From an uncultured Clostridia bacterium (GTDB lineage Bacteria; Bacillota; Clostridia; TANB77; CAG-508): a stretch of DNA of 64,000 nucleotides. The stretch lies in assembly GCA_944387565.1 (NCBI GenBank), contig CALXFJ010000003.1:7272-71271 (forward strand), in the 5' to 3' direction. This document shows positions 46,583 through 57,254 of this stretch, one piece after another; within the stretch, counting starts at the first letter, position 1, and each line of letters begins with the position of its first letter. The notes beneath the pieces are model-generated. The model did not search any database, had not been told where the DNA came from, and saw nothing but the letters and a program-made list of their open reading frames with translations. Both the position numbers and the translations under genes were made by a program.

Positions 46583-49183
46583 ATGTGGGAAACTCTGAGA
46601 AAAGAAGAGGTTGTAAGGGAACTTAAGACAAATATGAAAAATGGGCTAAATGAAGAAGAGGTAGTTTTTAGACGAAATAAATATGGAAAAAATAAATTAG
46701 AAGATAAACCTAAAGAAAGTTTATTAGTTAAGTTTTTAAAACAATTTAATGATTTTATGATTATTATTTTAATAATAGCATCTATTGTATCGGCTGGAAT
46801 ATCGTATTTTCAGGGAGAGAATGATTACATAGATTCAATAATTATAATTGCAATTGTAATATTAAATGCACTTATGGGAGTAATACAAGAAGCGAAAGCT
46901 GAAAAATCAATTGAAGCTTTGCAAGAAATGACACCACCAAAAGCAAAAGTTGTAAGAGATGGAATAACGAAGGAAATAGATGCAGAAGAAGTTGTTCCGG
47001 GAGATATTATTATTTTAGAAGCAGGAAATTATGTTCCGGCTGATTGTAGATTATTAGAAAGTCATAATTTAAAAATAGAAGAATCAAGCTTAACAGGAGA
47101 AACAGAAGCAGTATTAAAAGATGCTAATATGATAGCAAAGAAAGATGTATCTTTAGGAGATATGCTAAATATGGGATTTATGGCAAGTATAGTAGTAAAT
47201 GGCCATGGAAAAGCAGTTGTAACAGATATAGGAATGAATACAAAAGTAGGAAAAATTGCTAATATGATTATAGAAAATGAGTCTCCAGAAACACCAATAC
47301 AAAGAAAACTAGGACAAGTTGGAAAGACATTAGGGATAGTATGTTTAGCTATATGTGTAATAATATTTATTATAGGTATGATAAAAAATATAGACCCAAT
47401 TGAAATGTTTATGACATCTGTAGGCTTAGCCGTAGCAGCAATTCCAGAAGGATTACCAGCTATTGTTACAATAGTTTTATCAATTGGAGTAACAAAAATG
47501 GCAAAAAATAATAGCATTATCAGAAAATTACCAGCAGTAGAAACCTTAGGAAGTAGTAAAGTAATATGTTCAGATAAAACGGGAACACTTACTAAAAATC
47601 AAATGACAGTTGTAGAAATAAATGCCAAAGATAAAGATTTAGCAACTAAACTCTCCGCTATGTGTACAGATTGCGATATAACTTATGAAAAGGGAAAGGT
47701 TGAAATAAGAGGAGAACCAACTGAAGTAGCATTAGTACAAAAAGCAATTGATATGAATTATAATAAACAAGACTTATATAAGAAAATGCCGAGAGTAGAA
47801 GAATTGCCATTTGATTCTAATAGGAAAATGATGACAACTATACATAAAGAAAATAATGGATATTTAGTAATTACTAAAGGAGCACCGGATGTTTTATTAA
47901 ATAAATGTAATATAACTATAGGAGAAAAACAGAGAATAGAAAGACAAAATGAAGATATGGCCAAAAAAGCTTTAAGAGTAATTGCTGTGGCTTATAAAAA
48001 TATATCTACACTTCCTAGGGGAAAGGATTTAGAAAGAATAGAAAATAGCTTAAACTTCGTAGGATTAATAGGAATGATAGACCCGCCAAGAGAAGGAGTA
48101 AAAGAAGCTGTAAGAACATGTAAAAGGGCAGGGATAAAGACTGTAATGATAACGGGAGACCATATTGCAACAGCAAAAGCAATTGCAAAAGAATTGGATA
48201 TTTTGGGACCAACAGATAAAGCCATGACAGGTAAAGAATTAGATAATATTCCTCAAGATAAATTAGAAAAGGAAATAAAGGATTATTCAGTATTTGCAAG
48301 AGTAACTCCAGAACATAAAGTAAGAATCGTTAAAGCATGGCAAAGTACGGGTGCTGTTGTTGCAATGACAGGAGATGGAGTAAATGATAGTCCAGCATTA
48401 AAAAATGCAGATATAGGAATAGCCATGGGGAAAAATGGGACAGATGTTGCCAAAAGTGCTTCAGACATGATACTTGCGGATGATAATTTTGTAACAATTG
48501 TAAAAGCTGTAAAACAAGGAAGAAATATATATGATAATATAAAAAAGGCAATTCATTTTTTAATAGCAACAAATATTGGGGAAATAGTAACAATATTTAT
48601 GGGATTAGTTTTAGGTTTAAAATCACCATTACTTGCAATACAATTGTTATGGATAAATTTAGTAACAGATTCATTACCAGCAATAGCATTGGGATTAGAA
48701 CCACCTGAAAAAAACATAATGAATAGAACGCCTATTGATAAGAAAAAGGGATTATTTGCAGATGGTTTGTGGAATAAGATTATAGTAGAAGGAACCATGA
48801 TAGGAATGTTAACTTTAATAGCATTTAGCATAGGAAATAAATACTATGGATTGGAAGTGGCTAGAACAATGGCATTTATTTCTTTAGGAATGTTAGAACT
48901 TGTCCACAGTTTTAATATAAAAAGTGAAAAGTCAATATTTAAAGTAGGAATTTTTGAAAATAAATTTTTGATAGGAAGTTTTGTCTTAGGAGTATTTGTA
49001 CAAACAATTGTAGTTATAATTCCAGGATTAGCGAATATATTTAGTTTGGTACCATTAGATAAGACACAATGGATAATAACTTTATTTATATCTTTTATGC
49101 CAATTCCTATTATGGAAGTACAAAAGAAAATAAATGAGACTAAATTTGATAAAATTATATATAAGGAAAAACAAAAAGTATAA
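46583..49183 (+). CDS. P-type (P2) cation-transporting ATPase, Ca2+-ATPase-like
   Basis: 866 aa. TGES, phosphorylation site CSDKTGTLT, KGAPD, MITGDH, TGDGVNDSPALK. Ten predicted TM segments. Confidence 0.9.
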   Translation: MWETLRKEEVVRELKTNMKNGLNEEEVVFRRNKYGKNKLEDKPKESLLVKFLKQFNDFMIIILIIASIVSAGISYFQGENDYIDSIIIIAIVILNALMGVIQEAKAEKSIEALQEMTPPKAKVVRDGITKEIDAEEVVPGDIIILEAGNYVPADCRLLESHNLKIEESSLTGETEAVLKDANMIAKKDVSLGDMLNMGFMASIVVNGHGKAVVTDIGMNTKVGKIANMIIENESPETPIQRKLGQVGKTLGIVCLAICVIIFIIGMIKNIDPIEMFMTSVGLAVAAIPEGLPAIVTIVLSIGVTKMAKNNSIIRKLPAVETLGSSKVICSDKTGTLTKNQMTVVEINAKDKDLATKLSAMCTDCDITYEKGKVEIRGEPTEVALVQKAIDMNYNKQDLYKKMPRVEELPFDSNRKMMTTIHKENNGYLVITKGAPDVLLNKCNITIGEKQRIERQNEDMAKKALRVIAVAYKNISTLPRGKDLERIENSLNFVGLIGMIDPPREGVKEAVRTCKRAGIKTVMITGDHIATAKAIAKELDILGPTDKAMTGKELDNIPQDKLEKEIKDYSVFARVTPEHKVRIVKAWQSTGAVVAMTGDGVNDSPALKNADIGIAMGKNGTDVAKSASDMILADDNFVTIVKAVKQGRNIYDNIKKAIHFLIATNIGEIVTIFMGLVLGLKSPLLAIQLLWINLVTDSLPAIALGLEPPEKNIMNRTPIDKKKGLFADGLWNKIIVEGTMIGMLTLIAFSIGNKYYGLEVARTMAFISLGMLELVHSFNIKSEKSIFKVGIFENKFLIGSFVLGVFVQTIVVIIPGLANIFSLVPLDKTQWIITLFISFMPIPIMEVQKKINETKFDKIIYKEKQKV

Positions 49184-49187
49184 ACAA

Positions 49188-49223
49188 AAAAGAAGTTTTA
49201 TTTTTTCATATAAAACTTCTTTT
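49188..49223. terminator. bidirectional terminator between the ATPase gene and the convergent XRE gene
   Basis: AAAAGAAGTTTTA (49188-49200) / TAAAACTTCTTTT (49211-49223), a perfect 13-bp stem. Confidence 0.7.
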
Positions 49224-49225
49224 GA

Positions 49226-49414
49226 TTATTTTTTAATAAATTTTACTATTTCATCGTCTGGAATAGATAAACTTTTAACAATTTTTTTAAACGTAGAAAC
49301 TCTAGTATTTTCTTCATTATGTTCTAATCTTTGTAAGTGTCTAGTACTAATACCAATTTCTTCGGCTAATTCTTCTTGTGATAATTTATGTTTTAAACGA
49401 TATTGTTTTATCAT
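49226..49414 (-). CDS. small XRE-family HTH regulator
   Basis: 62 aa. MIKQYRLKHKLSQEELAEEIGISTRHLQRLE. RBS GGGGGAAAAAA. Confidence 0.75.
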   Translation of the reverse strand: MIKQYRLKHKLSQEELAEEIGISTRHLQRLEHNEENTRVSTFKKIVKSLSIPDDEIVKFIKK

Positions 49415-49589
49415 ATTTTTTCCCCCAGACTAATTTTAAATAAATTATAGTATACTAATATTTAAAATAGAACGACATTTTTGTCATGAATTTTAAAACG
49501 TTATATTTATAAAGTAAAATGTTTGTGTTTTCTAAGAGAAAGTAAAAAACAGTAAATTTAAATCTCCCTATTTAAATTGCAAAAAAAGC

Positions 49590-49618
49590 TTGCAATAAGC
49601 TTAAAAATGTGATAAAAT
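49590..49618 (+). promoter_or_regulatory. sigma-A promoter of the rpsF-ssb-rpsR operon
   Basis: TTGCAA (49590-49595), 17 nt spacer, TGaTAAAAT (extended -10, 49610-49618). A leader of about 80 nt with the hairpin TTTGAAAAAG/CTTTTCAAA follows. Confidence 0.6.
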
Positions 49619-49705
49619 AGCTATGTTTTGAAAAAGATAGATTAACTTTTCAAATCTCTACTTGCATAAAAAGGCAGGTTATAAATCCAAAGGGAGGTGA
49701 AAATA

Positions 49706-49984
49706 ATGAACAAATACGAAAGTATTATCATTGTTAATCCAGAAGTAAATGAAGAAGGTTTAAAATCTTTAGAAGAAAAATTTACAGGATTAATTAATGA
49801 AAATGGTAAGGTAGAATCAGTTGAAAGTATGGGAAAAAGAAAATTAGCTTATCCAATAAAGAAATTCAACGAAGCAACTTACATATTATTTAATTTTGAA
49901 GCGAATCCAGCTTCAATTGCAGAACTTGAAAGAGTTTATAGAATAACAGATGAAATTTTAAAACATATTGTTGTAAAAAAATAA
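49706..49984 (+). CDS. rpsF: 30S ribosomal protein S6
   Basis: MNKYESIIIVNPEV...GKRKLAYPI. GGGAGGTGA RBS 5 nt before ATG 49706. The ORF-track GTG at 49697 lies inside the RBS. Confidence 0.95.
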   Translation: MNKYESIIIVNPEVNEEGLKSLEEKFTGLINENGKVESVESMGKRKLAYPIKKFNEATYILFNFEANPASIAELERVYRITDEILKHIVVKK

Positions 49985-50029
49985 AATTTGAACAGGGGCC
50001 TATTATTAAAGTAGGAAAGGTGATAAATA

Positions 50030-50461
50030 ATGAATAAAGTAATTTTAATGGGAAGATTAACAAGAGACCCAGAAGTAAGATATACACAAACGAATAACAC
50101 ATTAGTTGCTTCTTTTAGTTTAGCAGTAAATAGAAGATTTGTTAGACAAGGAGAAGAAAGACAAGCTGATTTTATAAATATTGTAGCTTGGAGTAAACTA
50201 GGTGAATTTTGTAGTAAATACTTTAAAAAAGGTCAACAAGTAGGTATCATAGGAAGGATTCAAACAAGAACTTGGGATGATGACCAAGGTGTAAAACATT
50301 ATATAACAGAGGTTGTTGCGGAAGAAGCATATTTTGCAGATAGTAGAAGAGATACAGACTCTACTAATAATACAAGTTTTGAAAATACATTTGGAAATGC
50401 ACAACCAGGAAGCATGGGAGCAGATTTTGAAATGTCTTCAAATGATGACTTACCATTCTAA
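50030..50461 (+). CDS. ssb: single-stranded DNA-binding protein
   Basis: [19 protein letters not shown]..., OB fold, acidic tail ending DDLPF. Confidence 0.95.
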   Translation: MNKVILMGRLTRDPEVRYTQTNNTLVASFSLAVNRRFVRQGEERQADFINIVAWSKLGEFCSKYFKKGQQVGIIGRIQTRTWDDDQGVKHYITEVVAEEAYFADSRRDTDSTNNTSFENTFGNAQPGSMGADFEMSSNDDLPF

Positions 50462-50481
50462 TAAAGTTAGGGGGGAAAAAA

Positions 50482-50760
50482 ATGGCAGATAAAAAACAAA
50501 ATAAGAAAAATAACAAAAATTATGATGATGATTATAATCCAAGATTTAGAAAACAAAGAAAAAAAGTGTGTTTATTATGTAGTGATAAAAACTTTGTTTT
50601 AGATTATAAAAATCCAGAACAATTAAAGAAATTTGTTAATGATAAAGGTAAAATCTTACCAAGAAGAACAACAGGTGCTTGCAGTAAACATCAAAGAGAT
50701 ATTACAAAAGCAGTTAAGAGAGCAAGACACATCGCTATATTACCATATACACAAAATTAG
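50482..50760 (+). CDS. rpsR: 30S ribosomal protein S18
   Basis: ...[45 protein letters not shown], with a Lys/Asn-rich N-terminal extension. Confidence 0.93.
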   Translation: MADKKQNKKNNKNYDDDYNPRFRKQRKKVCLLCSDKNFVLDYKNPEQLKKFVNDKGKILPRRTTGACSKHQRDITKAVKRARHIAILPYTQN

Positions 50761-50792
50761 TAATTATTATATTAATAGCTATAACTTAAAAA

Positions 50793-51353
50793 TTAGTTAT
50801 AGCTATTTTTTCTATTTATTAATTTCTCTGAAATTAAAAGTGCTAATATAATAGATAGACTATCCTTTAGTAAAAAAGGTAGTGAAACTAATAAAAATGA
50901 TTGTAATAAGTTAATACCACTTATAATACTATATTGTAAAATTCCAAGAAAATGACAACTAGCTAAACCTAATAAAGAAAATAAAATTTTCACAAAAAAA
51001 TTGTTAATTTTCTGAGTTCTTGAGCAAAATAATACAAGTAAAATAAATCCTAAAATAAATCCACCAGTTAATCCAAATAAAGTTCCAAAACCAGCTTTTC
51101 CAGAAGCAAATACAGGGATTCCTATAACACCTAGTAATAAATAGGTTAAAATAGTTTTAAGACCTTTATTTGTACTCAAACAAAATCCAATCATAGCAAC
51201 TGTAAAAGTTTGCAAAGTTAATGGTACTCCATTAGGCAATGGGATAGATATTTGAGAAGAAATAGCAAGAACGAATGCTGCTATAATATAAGTCAATAAA
51301 TTTTGTAATGTTAAAGGGATATTACTTGTAACTTTTTTAATATTTTCTATCAT
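50793..51353 (-). CDS. bioY: biotin transporter BioY (ECF S component)
   Basis: ...ISIPLPNGVPLTLQTFTVAMIGFCL...GIPVFA. Start moved to ATG 51353 (RBS AAAGGAGG). The ORF track starts at 51371. Confidence 0.85.
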   Translation of the reverse strand: MIENIKKVTSNIPLTLQNLLTYIIAAFVLAISSQISIPLPNGVPLTLQTFTVAMIGFCLSTNKGLKTILTYLLLGVIGIPVFASGKAGFGTLFGLTGGFILGFILLVLFCSRTQKINNFFVKILFSLLGLASCHFLGILQYSIISGINLLQSFLLVSLPFLLKDSLSIILALLISEKLINRKNSYN

Positions 51354-51521
51354 CTTATTTCCTCCTTTCAAAAATATTAAAATAATTATATAAAAAAAAT
51401 AAAATAAATAAAAGAACCAACTGGTCGGGTAAAATAAAAAAAATTATAATAAACTTAATAAATAGTTTTCTTTACAATTAGAAATCATTATGATATAATT
51501 TTTTCGAAAAAAACGAATGAG

Positions 51522-52484
51522 GTGAAAACATTGAATCAAATATTAAGTGTAGAACCACCAAAAAAGAAAGAAAAAAAGGTAAAACAAAAAAAGCAATCAA
51601 TGGGTGGCCCAATTGAAATAATAAAAATAGTAAAATTTTTTGCTGTAGTTATGGTTGTTTTTGGAATATGTATGATTGGGACAGGCTCATATTCTATGTA
51701 TCAAAATTCTCAACTTGGAAATAGTCAGGCTAATCCAATTATATCAGTAGAAGAAACTTCAGAAACACAATTAACAATAAGTGTAAGTCATAGTAAACCA
51801 TTACAAAAAGTAACATATAGATGGAATAATGAAGATGAAGTTGAATTAGATGCAAATGGAAAAAGAAGTGTGGAGCAAACAATAGAAATTCCAACAGGAG
51901 AAAATACTTTATATGTATATGCAGTTGATACTGAAGGAAGAGAAACTAATCATCAACGCACATATACAAGACAGGGAGATATTAATATTAATTTTGAAGT
52001 AGATGGAAGCAATCTAAAAGTTACTGCAGATGGAAAAAATGAACTTTCTTATATGACATATAGATGGGATGAAGATGAAGAGCAAACAGTACAAATAAAT
52101 AGTACTACTACAGAACAATTAATAGAAATTCCAAAAGGACAACATACATTAACAGTATCTGTAGTTGATATTAATAATAATACAGAAACTAAAGAACAGG
52201 AAGTAAAAGGAGTTACAAAACCAACTTTAGAAGTCACAACAGATGGTTCATCAAACTTTGTTATAAAAGCTTCTGATGAAGAGGGAATAAAAAGAATAGA
52301 AATTATACTTAATGAAACAGAAAAATCAGCAATAGATTTGGACAAAGTATATCCAGATGTAGAACAAAGAAAACAATTTGAGTATAATCAAATTCCAATA
52401 CGTGATGGTGAAAATAGATTAGAAGTTACAGTTTATAATGAAAGTGGAGTAAGTGAGACAGCAAGAGTATTAGTAAATAAATAA
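51522..52484 (+). CDS. membrane-anchored protein with three Ig-like repeats
   Basis: 320 aa. TM anchor IVKFFAVVMVVFGICMIG. Three repeats of about 85 aa share ...Y(R)W(N/D).(D)E......IEIP.G(E/Q).TL.V..VD. The start is GTG 51522 or TTG 51531, next to GAGGTGA. Confidence 0.65.
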   Translation: MKTLNQILSVEPPKKKEKKVKQKKQSMGGPIEIIKIVKFFAVVMVVFGICMIGTGSYSMYQNSQLGNSQANPIISVEETSETQLTISVSHSKPLQKVTYRWNNEDEVELDANGKRSVEQTIEIPTGENTLYVYAVDTEGRETNHQRTYTRQGDININFEVDGSNLKVTADGKNELSYMTYRWDEDEEQTVQINSTTTEQLIEIPKGQHTLTVSVVDINNNTETKEQEVKGVTKPTLEVTTDGSSNFVIKASDEEGIKRIEIILNETEKSAIDLDKVYPDVEQRKQFEYNQIPIRDGENRLEVTVYNESGVSETARVLVNK

Positions 52485-52489
52485 ATCAG

Positions 52490-52519
52490 AACCTCCTACA
52501 AAAAAGTAGGAGGTTTTGG
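52490..52519 (+). terminator. rho-independent terminator
   Basis: AACCTCCTAC-aaaaaa-GTAGGAGGTT followed by TTGG; a perfect 10-bp stem. Confidence 0.65.
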
Positions 52520-52537
52520 CTGTAAAGGGGAAAGCAA

Positions 52538-53326
52538 GTGGAAAGAATATTTGATTTATTAACATACTTCCTTATATACTCATTTCTAGGATGGGTTATG
52601 GAATCTATATTTAGGTCAATAATGGAGAAAAAGATAATAAATACGGGATTTCTAAAAGGGCCAATTTGCCCGATATATGGAATTGGTGCAATAATAATGT
52701 TTACATTTTTACAGAGTTTAGAAAATAATATAGTATTATTATTTTTAGCTTCAATAATTATATTAACATTATGGGAATATATAGTTGGAGTAATGCTTGA
52801 GAAAATATTTCATACAAGGTATTGGGATTATTCAGACCATAAATTTAATATACAAGGAAGAATATGTTTAAGCAATTCAATTTATTGGGGAGTACTAGGT
52901 GTCGTTTTTGTAAAATATATACACCCTAATATACAAAATTTAGTACAAAAAGTTGATATAAAATTACTTTATTTTATAGTAACAATATTAATGGTAGTAT
53001 TTATAGTAGATATGATTACAAGTATAGTAAAAATTAAGAATATTAAATCAACATTAGAGAAAATAGAAGAATTAAATAAAGAAATAAGAGAAAAGATAAA
53101 AGAAATAAAGATTTTACCAAAAGAAATACAAGAAAAAGAAAAGTTAATAGCTTCTGAAAAATTACAAAAATTAGTAGAAGATTTAAAGAAACGTAGAAAT
53201 CGTACAATAAAACATTTATATAAAAATGTATATAGGTTAAAAAAGGCATTCCCAGCTATTGATACTAAAGAAATAAGAGAAATATTAAATAAAAAAGTAG
53301 AAATAATAAAAAGAAAAAACAAATAA
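52538..53326 (+). CDS. DUF1113 / putative ABC-transporter type IV (CmpB-like) membrane protein with a coiled-coil tail
   Basis: GTG start. FLIYSFLGWVMESIFRSI...GPICPIYGIGA matches the PF06541-type N-terminus. C-terminal Lys/Glu-rich helix. Confidence 0.65.
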   Translation: MERIFDLLTYFLIYSFLGWVMESIFRSIMEKKIINTGFLKGPICPIYGIGAIIMFTFLQSLENNIVLLFLASIIILTLWEYIVGVMLEKIFHTRYWDYSDHKFNIQGRICLSNSIYWGVLGVVFVKYIHPNIQNLVQKVDIKLLYFIVTILMVVFIVDMITSIVKIKNIKSTLEKIEELNKEIREKIKEIKILPKEIQEKEKLIASEKLQKLVEDLKKRRNRTIKHLYKNVYRLKKAFPAIDTKEIREILNKKVEIIKRKNK

Positions 53327-53390
53327 AACCTTGAAAAATTTCCCAATATTAAATATAATGTAATCGAATTATGAAATAAGGAGTATACAA

Positions 53391-54314
53391 ATGGTACAAG
53401 AAATATATATAATAGATGATGATGATTCCTCAATAGTAATATTTAGAGAGTTATTTAAAAATGATTCAGAATATAAATTTATTAGTGTAAAAACTGAGCA
53501 AATTGATATAGCGTTAAAAAATATTCCATCTTTAATTGTTATAAATGAAGATGCAATTGATAGAGATGTAATAGACCTGTGCAGAAAAATTAGAAAAGAT
53601 GAGGATAACAACATAACACCAGTGATTGTTGTATCTTCTAAAGAAAGCAGAGAACATAGAATAAGAATTTTAAGAGAATCAGTAGAATATTTTATAAAAA
53701 AGCCTGTAGATGAACAATATTTATATTATACTGTAAAAAACCTAAACAGGTTACTATCAAGCAACAGAAGAGTAAGTCCATTAACTGGACTACCTGGAAA
53801 TGTCCAAATACACGCAGAACTAAAAAAGAGAATTGCAAGAAGAGAAGCTTTTTGTGTATTGTATTTAGATTTAGACAACTTTAAGGCATATAATGACGTA
53901 TATGGCTTCTTGAAAGGTGACCAAATAATAGAATTTACAGCAGAGACAATAGTAAATTCTATACATAGTGATGTATTAGATAATACATTTGTAGGTCATA
54001 TTGGAGGAGACGATTTTGTAGCAATTGTACCAGGAACTAATTGTGAAAAACTATGTCAAAATATTCTCTCTCATTTTGATAATAATGTAGGAAAATTCTT
54101 CAATGATGAAGATTTAGAAAAAGGATATATAGAAGTAGCAAATAGAAGAGGTATAATTGAACAATTCCCATTAACATCATTATCAATAGGAGTAGTTGTT
54201 GCAGACGTGGGAAGATTCCATAATATACTAGAAATAGGAGAAGTTGGAGCACAAATAAAACATGCAGCTAAGTCAGTTATGGGAAGCAGTTATGCAATTG
54301 ATAGAAGAAGATAG
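53391..54314 (+). CDS. response-regulator receiver-like domain fused to a GGDEF-type nucleotide cyclase domain with a GGDDF active-site variant
   Basis: 307 aa. IYIIDDDDS...LIVINEDAI...VVSSK (REC-like), then PLTGLPGN, YLDLDNFKAYNDVYGFLKGD, VGHIGGDDFVAIV. Confidence 0.8.
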   Translation: MVQEIYIIDDDDSSIVIFRELFKNDSEYKFISVKTEQIDIALKNIPSLIVINEDAIDRDVIDLCRKIRKDEDNNITPVIVVSSKESREHRIRILRESVEYFIKKPVDEQYLYYTVKNLNRLLSSNRRVSPLTGLPGNVQIHAELKKRIARREAFCVLYLDLDNFKAYNDVYGFLKGDQIIEFTAETIVNSIHSDVLDNTFVGHIGGDDFVAIVPGTNCEKLCQNILSHFDNNVGKFFNDEDLEKGYIEVANRRGIIEQFPLTSLSIGVVVADVGRFHNILEIGEVGAQIKHAAKSVMGSSYAIDRRR

Positions 54315-54420
54315 AAAAAAATTTACAAGGCTTTGGTTTATATACTAAAGTCTTTTAGCATGTTCTAAAATAGGTTTTTAAATCATAAAATATAAAAGAA
54401 AATATTTTAGGAGGTTTAAA

Positions 54421-55473
54421 ATGGACAACACTAATTTATTAGAAGGAGTACAAGAATTAACATTGTATACAGGTACATATGGAAGAAAAGGATGTACTTG
54501 TTCATGTATAGGATGTACACAAGAAAGTTATGGAAGAAGGCATAAGGATTACCAAGGAACTATTGAACAAATTGATACAATTATTGAAAAATTACCGAAT
54601 TTGAAAAATGCATATTTGTTAGGAAATCCGGATGTATCAGTTGATACTGAGTTTTGCAATGAAGCAGCAAAAAAATTTATAAAAAGTGGTAAAAAAGTAA
54701 TGTTTTCAACATCTGGAATAAATGGATTAGAAGTAGCTAAAAAATTAACTAATGGTATAGATGCCAAAGATATTAATTACATAAGTTATAGTGTAGATAC
54801 TTTAGATAATGAAAAATTACAATTTTTAAAAGGAAATAAAAATATAAATATAGAAGAAATAAACGAAGCGATTAAATATTGTATGGATAAAGAAATAACA
54901 GTAAAAATCCAACCAACAATTTGGGAGATAAATCAAGATGATTATAAAGAAATAATAGATTTTTACTCAAAGTTAGGGATTGAATGGTTTACATTTCATG
55001 CAGGTAGCTTTGAGGCTTTACAAGGAAAAGAGATACCAATAAATCATGTAAAACCAGAAAAATGGATAGATATAGTAAAAGATTTAAGTAAAATAGCAGT
55101 TAAAAAAGATTTAAAAATAAAAGCTCCAAAAATATTTTTAAGTGATGATGAATGGAAAAAATATAAAGTAAGTAATAAAGTTTATTGTCAAAATGGAGGA
55201 AAGGGCTTACAAATATGGATGCAAGAAGATGGATTAAAAGCTACATTTTGTCCAGTGCTTGCGGAAGTAATGCCTAAATTTATATTTGATTTAGAAAAAG
55301 AAGAACCAGTGATTTTAGAAAAACAAGAGAATAACTGTATGGTTTGCACAAAATGTGTAGATGGCAATCTTAAAAATATGTCTGTTGGAGGAAAAGGAAA
55401 AGAATTCATATTAAATAACCAAATGGTACATAATGTATGTAGGTATTATTCAGAAAAAATAAAATATGGATAG
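54421..55473 (+). CDS. radical SAM-like protein with an unusual Cys cluster (CTCSCIGC)
   Basis: 350 aa. GRKGCTCSCIGCTQE contains CxxxCxxC. The C-terminal Cys-rich region (CMVCTKC...C) could bind an auxiliary cluster. AGGAGG RBS. Confidence 0.6.
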   Translation: MDNTNLLEGVQELTLYTGTYGRKGCTCSCIGCTQESYGRRHKDYQGTIEQIDTIIEKLPNLKNAYLLGNPDVSVDTEFCNEAAKKFIKSGKKVMFSTSGINGLEVAKKLTNGIDAKDINYISYSVDTLDNEKLQFLKGNKNINIEEINEAIKYCMDKEITVKIQPTIWEINQDDYKEIIDFYSKLGIEWFTFHAGSFEALQGKEIPINHVKPEKWIDIVKDLSKIAVKKDLKIKAPKIFLSDDEWKKYKVSNKVYCQNGGKGLQIWMQEDGLKATFCPVLAEVMPKFIFDLEKEEPVILEKQENNCMVCTKCVDGNLKNMSVGGKGKEFILNNQMVHNVCRYYSEKIKYG

Positions 55474-55483
55474 GAGATAATTT

Positions 55484-57172
55484 ATGTCCAAAGCTTTAGA
55501 TATAACTATAAGAGATGTTTTATATGAAGCAAGACGTAATAATAAAAATATAGATAAAAATAAAATCTTTAAGGCATATACATTTGCCGCCGAAAAACAT
55601 AAAAACCAAAAAAGAAAATCAGGAGAAAGCTATATAATTCATCCATTACATGTAGCATATATTTTAGCAAGTTGGGGATTAGACACTCAAACGATATGTG
55701 CTGCTCTTCTTCATGATGTAGTAGAAGATACAAATGCAACATATGAAGATATAGAAAAAAACTTTGATGAAGAAGTTGCTTCATTAGTAGAAGGAGTAAC
55801 TAAACTTAGTAACTTGTTTAAAACTGTTGAAGAAAAGAAAACTAAAAATTATAAAAAAATGTTTATAGCTATGGAAAAAGATATTAGGGTCATAATCTTA
55901 AAATTGGCTGATAGGCTTCATAATGTAATGACTTTAAAGTATTTAAGAAGAGATAGACAGATTGCAATTGCAAAAGAAACTTTAGAATTATATGCACCAA
56001 TTGCAAATAAGTTAGGAATGAATGATTTAAAAAAAGATTTAGAAGATGGAGCTTTTAAATATTTATATCCTAGAGATTATAGAATTATAAATGAAGAGTT
56101 AAAAGAAAAAATAAAAGAAAATAAAAATAAAATAGAAGAGACTAAAAAAGAAATTGAAATAGAATTAAGAAGACAAAGAGTGTGGTCTATTGTAAAAATA
56201 GAGACTAAAAATTTATATGGCATTTTCAATAAAGCAATAGAAAAAAATATAAAAAATATAGAAGAAATAAAAGATTTATTTTCAATAAAGATAGTAACAA
56301 GAAGTAAATCAGATTGCTATAGAGTTTTAGGTATTATAAATACTATTTATTCTTTAATACCAGGTTCATTTAAAGATTATATAGCAATTCCAAAAAATAA
56401 TATGTATCAGGCAATTCATGAGATTTTAATTGGAAAAAGTGGAGTTATGTTTGAAACTAGAATATGTACGTATATTATGAATAATGTTGCAAGATATGGA
56501 ATAACAAGTTATTTTTCATATGTAATGAATAATTTAAATAAAAAAAGAAATTTGGATTTTAAAGAAAATTTATCAGGTATACGTGATAGTTTAGAATTAG
56601 AAAATCCAAAAGAATTTTTAGAAACTTTAAAACAAGAACTTTTAGGTGATGAAATATATGTGTTTACTCCTAAAGGAGATATAAAGGTACTTCCTAAAGA
56701 TTCAAATGCAATAGATTTTGCATATATAATACATGGAAAATTAGGAAATCATATTAAATCTTGTAAAATAAATAATAAAGAAATGCCTATTATAACTAAA
56801 TTAAAAAATGGAGACATCGTAGAAATAATAACAGATAAAGAAAAAATAAATATACAAGAAGAATGGTTAGAAGAAGTAAAAACTGCAAAAGCTAAAAAAG
56901 AAATTTTAAAAATTTTAAAAAAGAATAAACAATATCCAAAACAAGAAAAAGAAATAGAAATAATAGCTAATGATAGAGAAAATTTAGCATTAGAGATAAC
57001 AAATGTTTTCAAAGAAAATAAAATAAATATAGAAAGTTTAGAAGCAAGTGTTAATGGCAAGAAAGCAAAGATAAAAATAGTTATAGAGATTAAGGCTAAA
57101 GATAATATTAAAAATATATTAAATGAAATATTAGAGATTAAAGATGTTATAGGCGCTAAAATAGATTTATAA
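55484..57172 (+). CDS. RelA/SpoT-homologue (HD hydrolase + degenerate synthetase + TGS + ACT), short form
   Basis: 562 aa. HD motifs HPLHVAYILA and LLHDVVEDT, synthetase-like KDYIAIPKNNMYQAIHE, TGS (IYVFTPKGDIKVLPKDSNAIDFAY), ACT-like tail. Confidence 0.8.
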   Translation: MSKALDITIRDVLYEARRNNKNIDKNKIFKAYTFAAEKHKNQKRKSGESYIIHPLHVAYILASWGLDTQTICAALLHDVVEDTNATYEDIEKNFDEEVASLVEGVTKLSNLFKTVEEKKTKNYKKMFIAMEKDIRVIILKLADRLHNVMTLKYLRRDRQIAIAKETLELYAPIANKLGMNDLKKDLEDGAFKYLYPRDYRIINEELKEKIKENKNKIEETKKEIEIELRRQRVWSIVKIETKNLYGIFNKAIEKNIKNIEEIKDLFSIKIVTRSKSDCYRVLGIINTIYSLIPGSFKDYIAIPKNNMYQAIHEILIGKSGVMFETRICTYIMNNVARYGITSYFSYVMNNLNKKRNLDFKENLSGIRDSLELENPKEFLETLKQELLGDEIYVFTPKGDIKVLPKDSNAIDFAYIIHGKLGNHIKSCKINNKEMPIITKLKNGDIVEIITDKEKINIQEEWLEEVKTAKAKKEILKILKKNKQYPKQEKEIEIIANDRENLALEITNVFKENKINIESLEASVNGKKAKIKIVIEIKAKDNIKNILNEILEIKDVIGAKIDL

Positions 57173-57254
57173 AAATGCACACTTTAAGTGTGTATTTTTG
57201 TTGAAGAAAATAATAAAAAATGATAGAATAAAAAAATAGAGGAGGTAAAGAAAA

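Noticed and set aside
47062-48831. Several - strand ORFs inside the P-type ATPase gene
   Set aside because: They are shadow ORFs. The + strand product carries all P-type ATPase signatures.
49134-49433. + strand ORF overlapping the end of the ATPase gene and the XRE gene
   Set aside because: It runs antisense to a well-formed HTH gene and across a bidirectional terminator, and it has no RBS.
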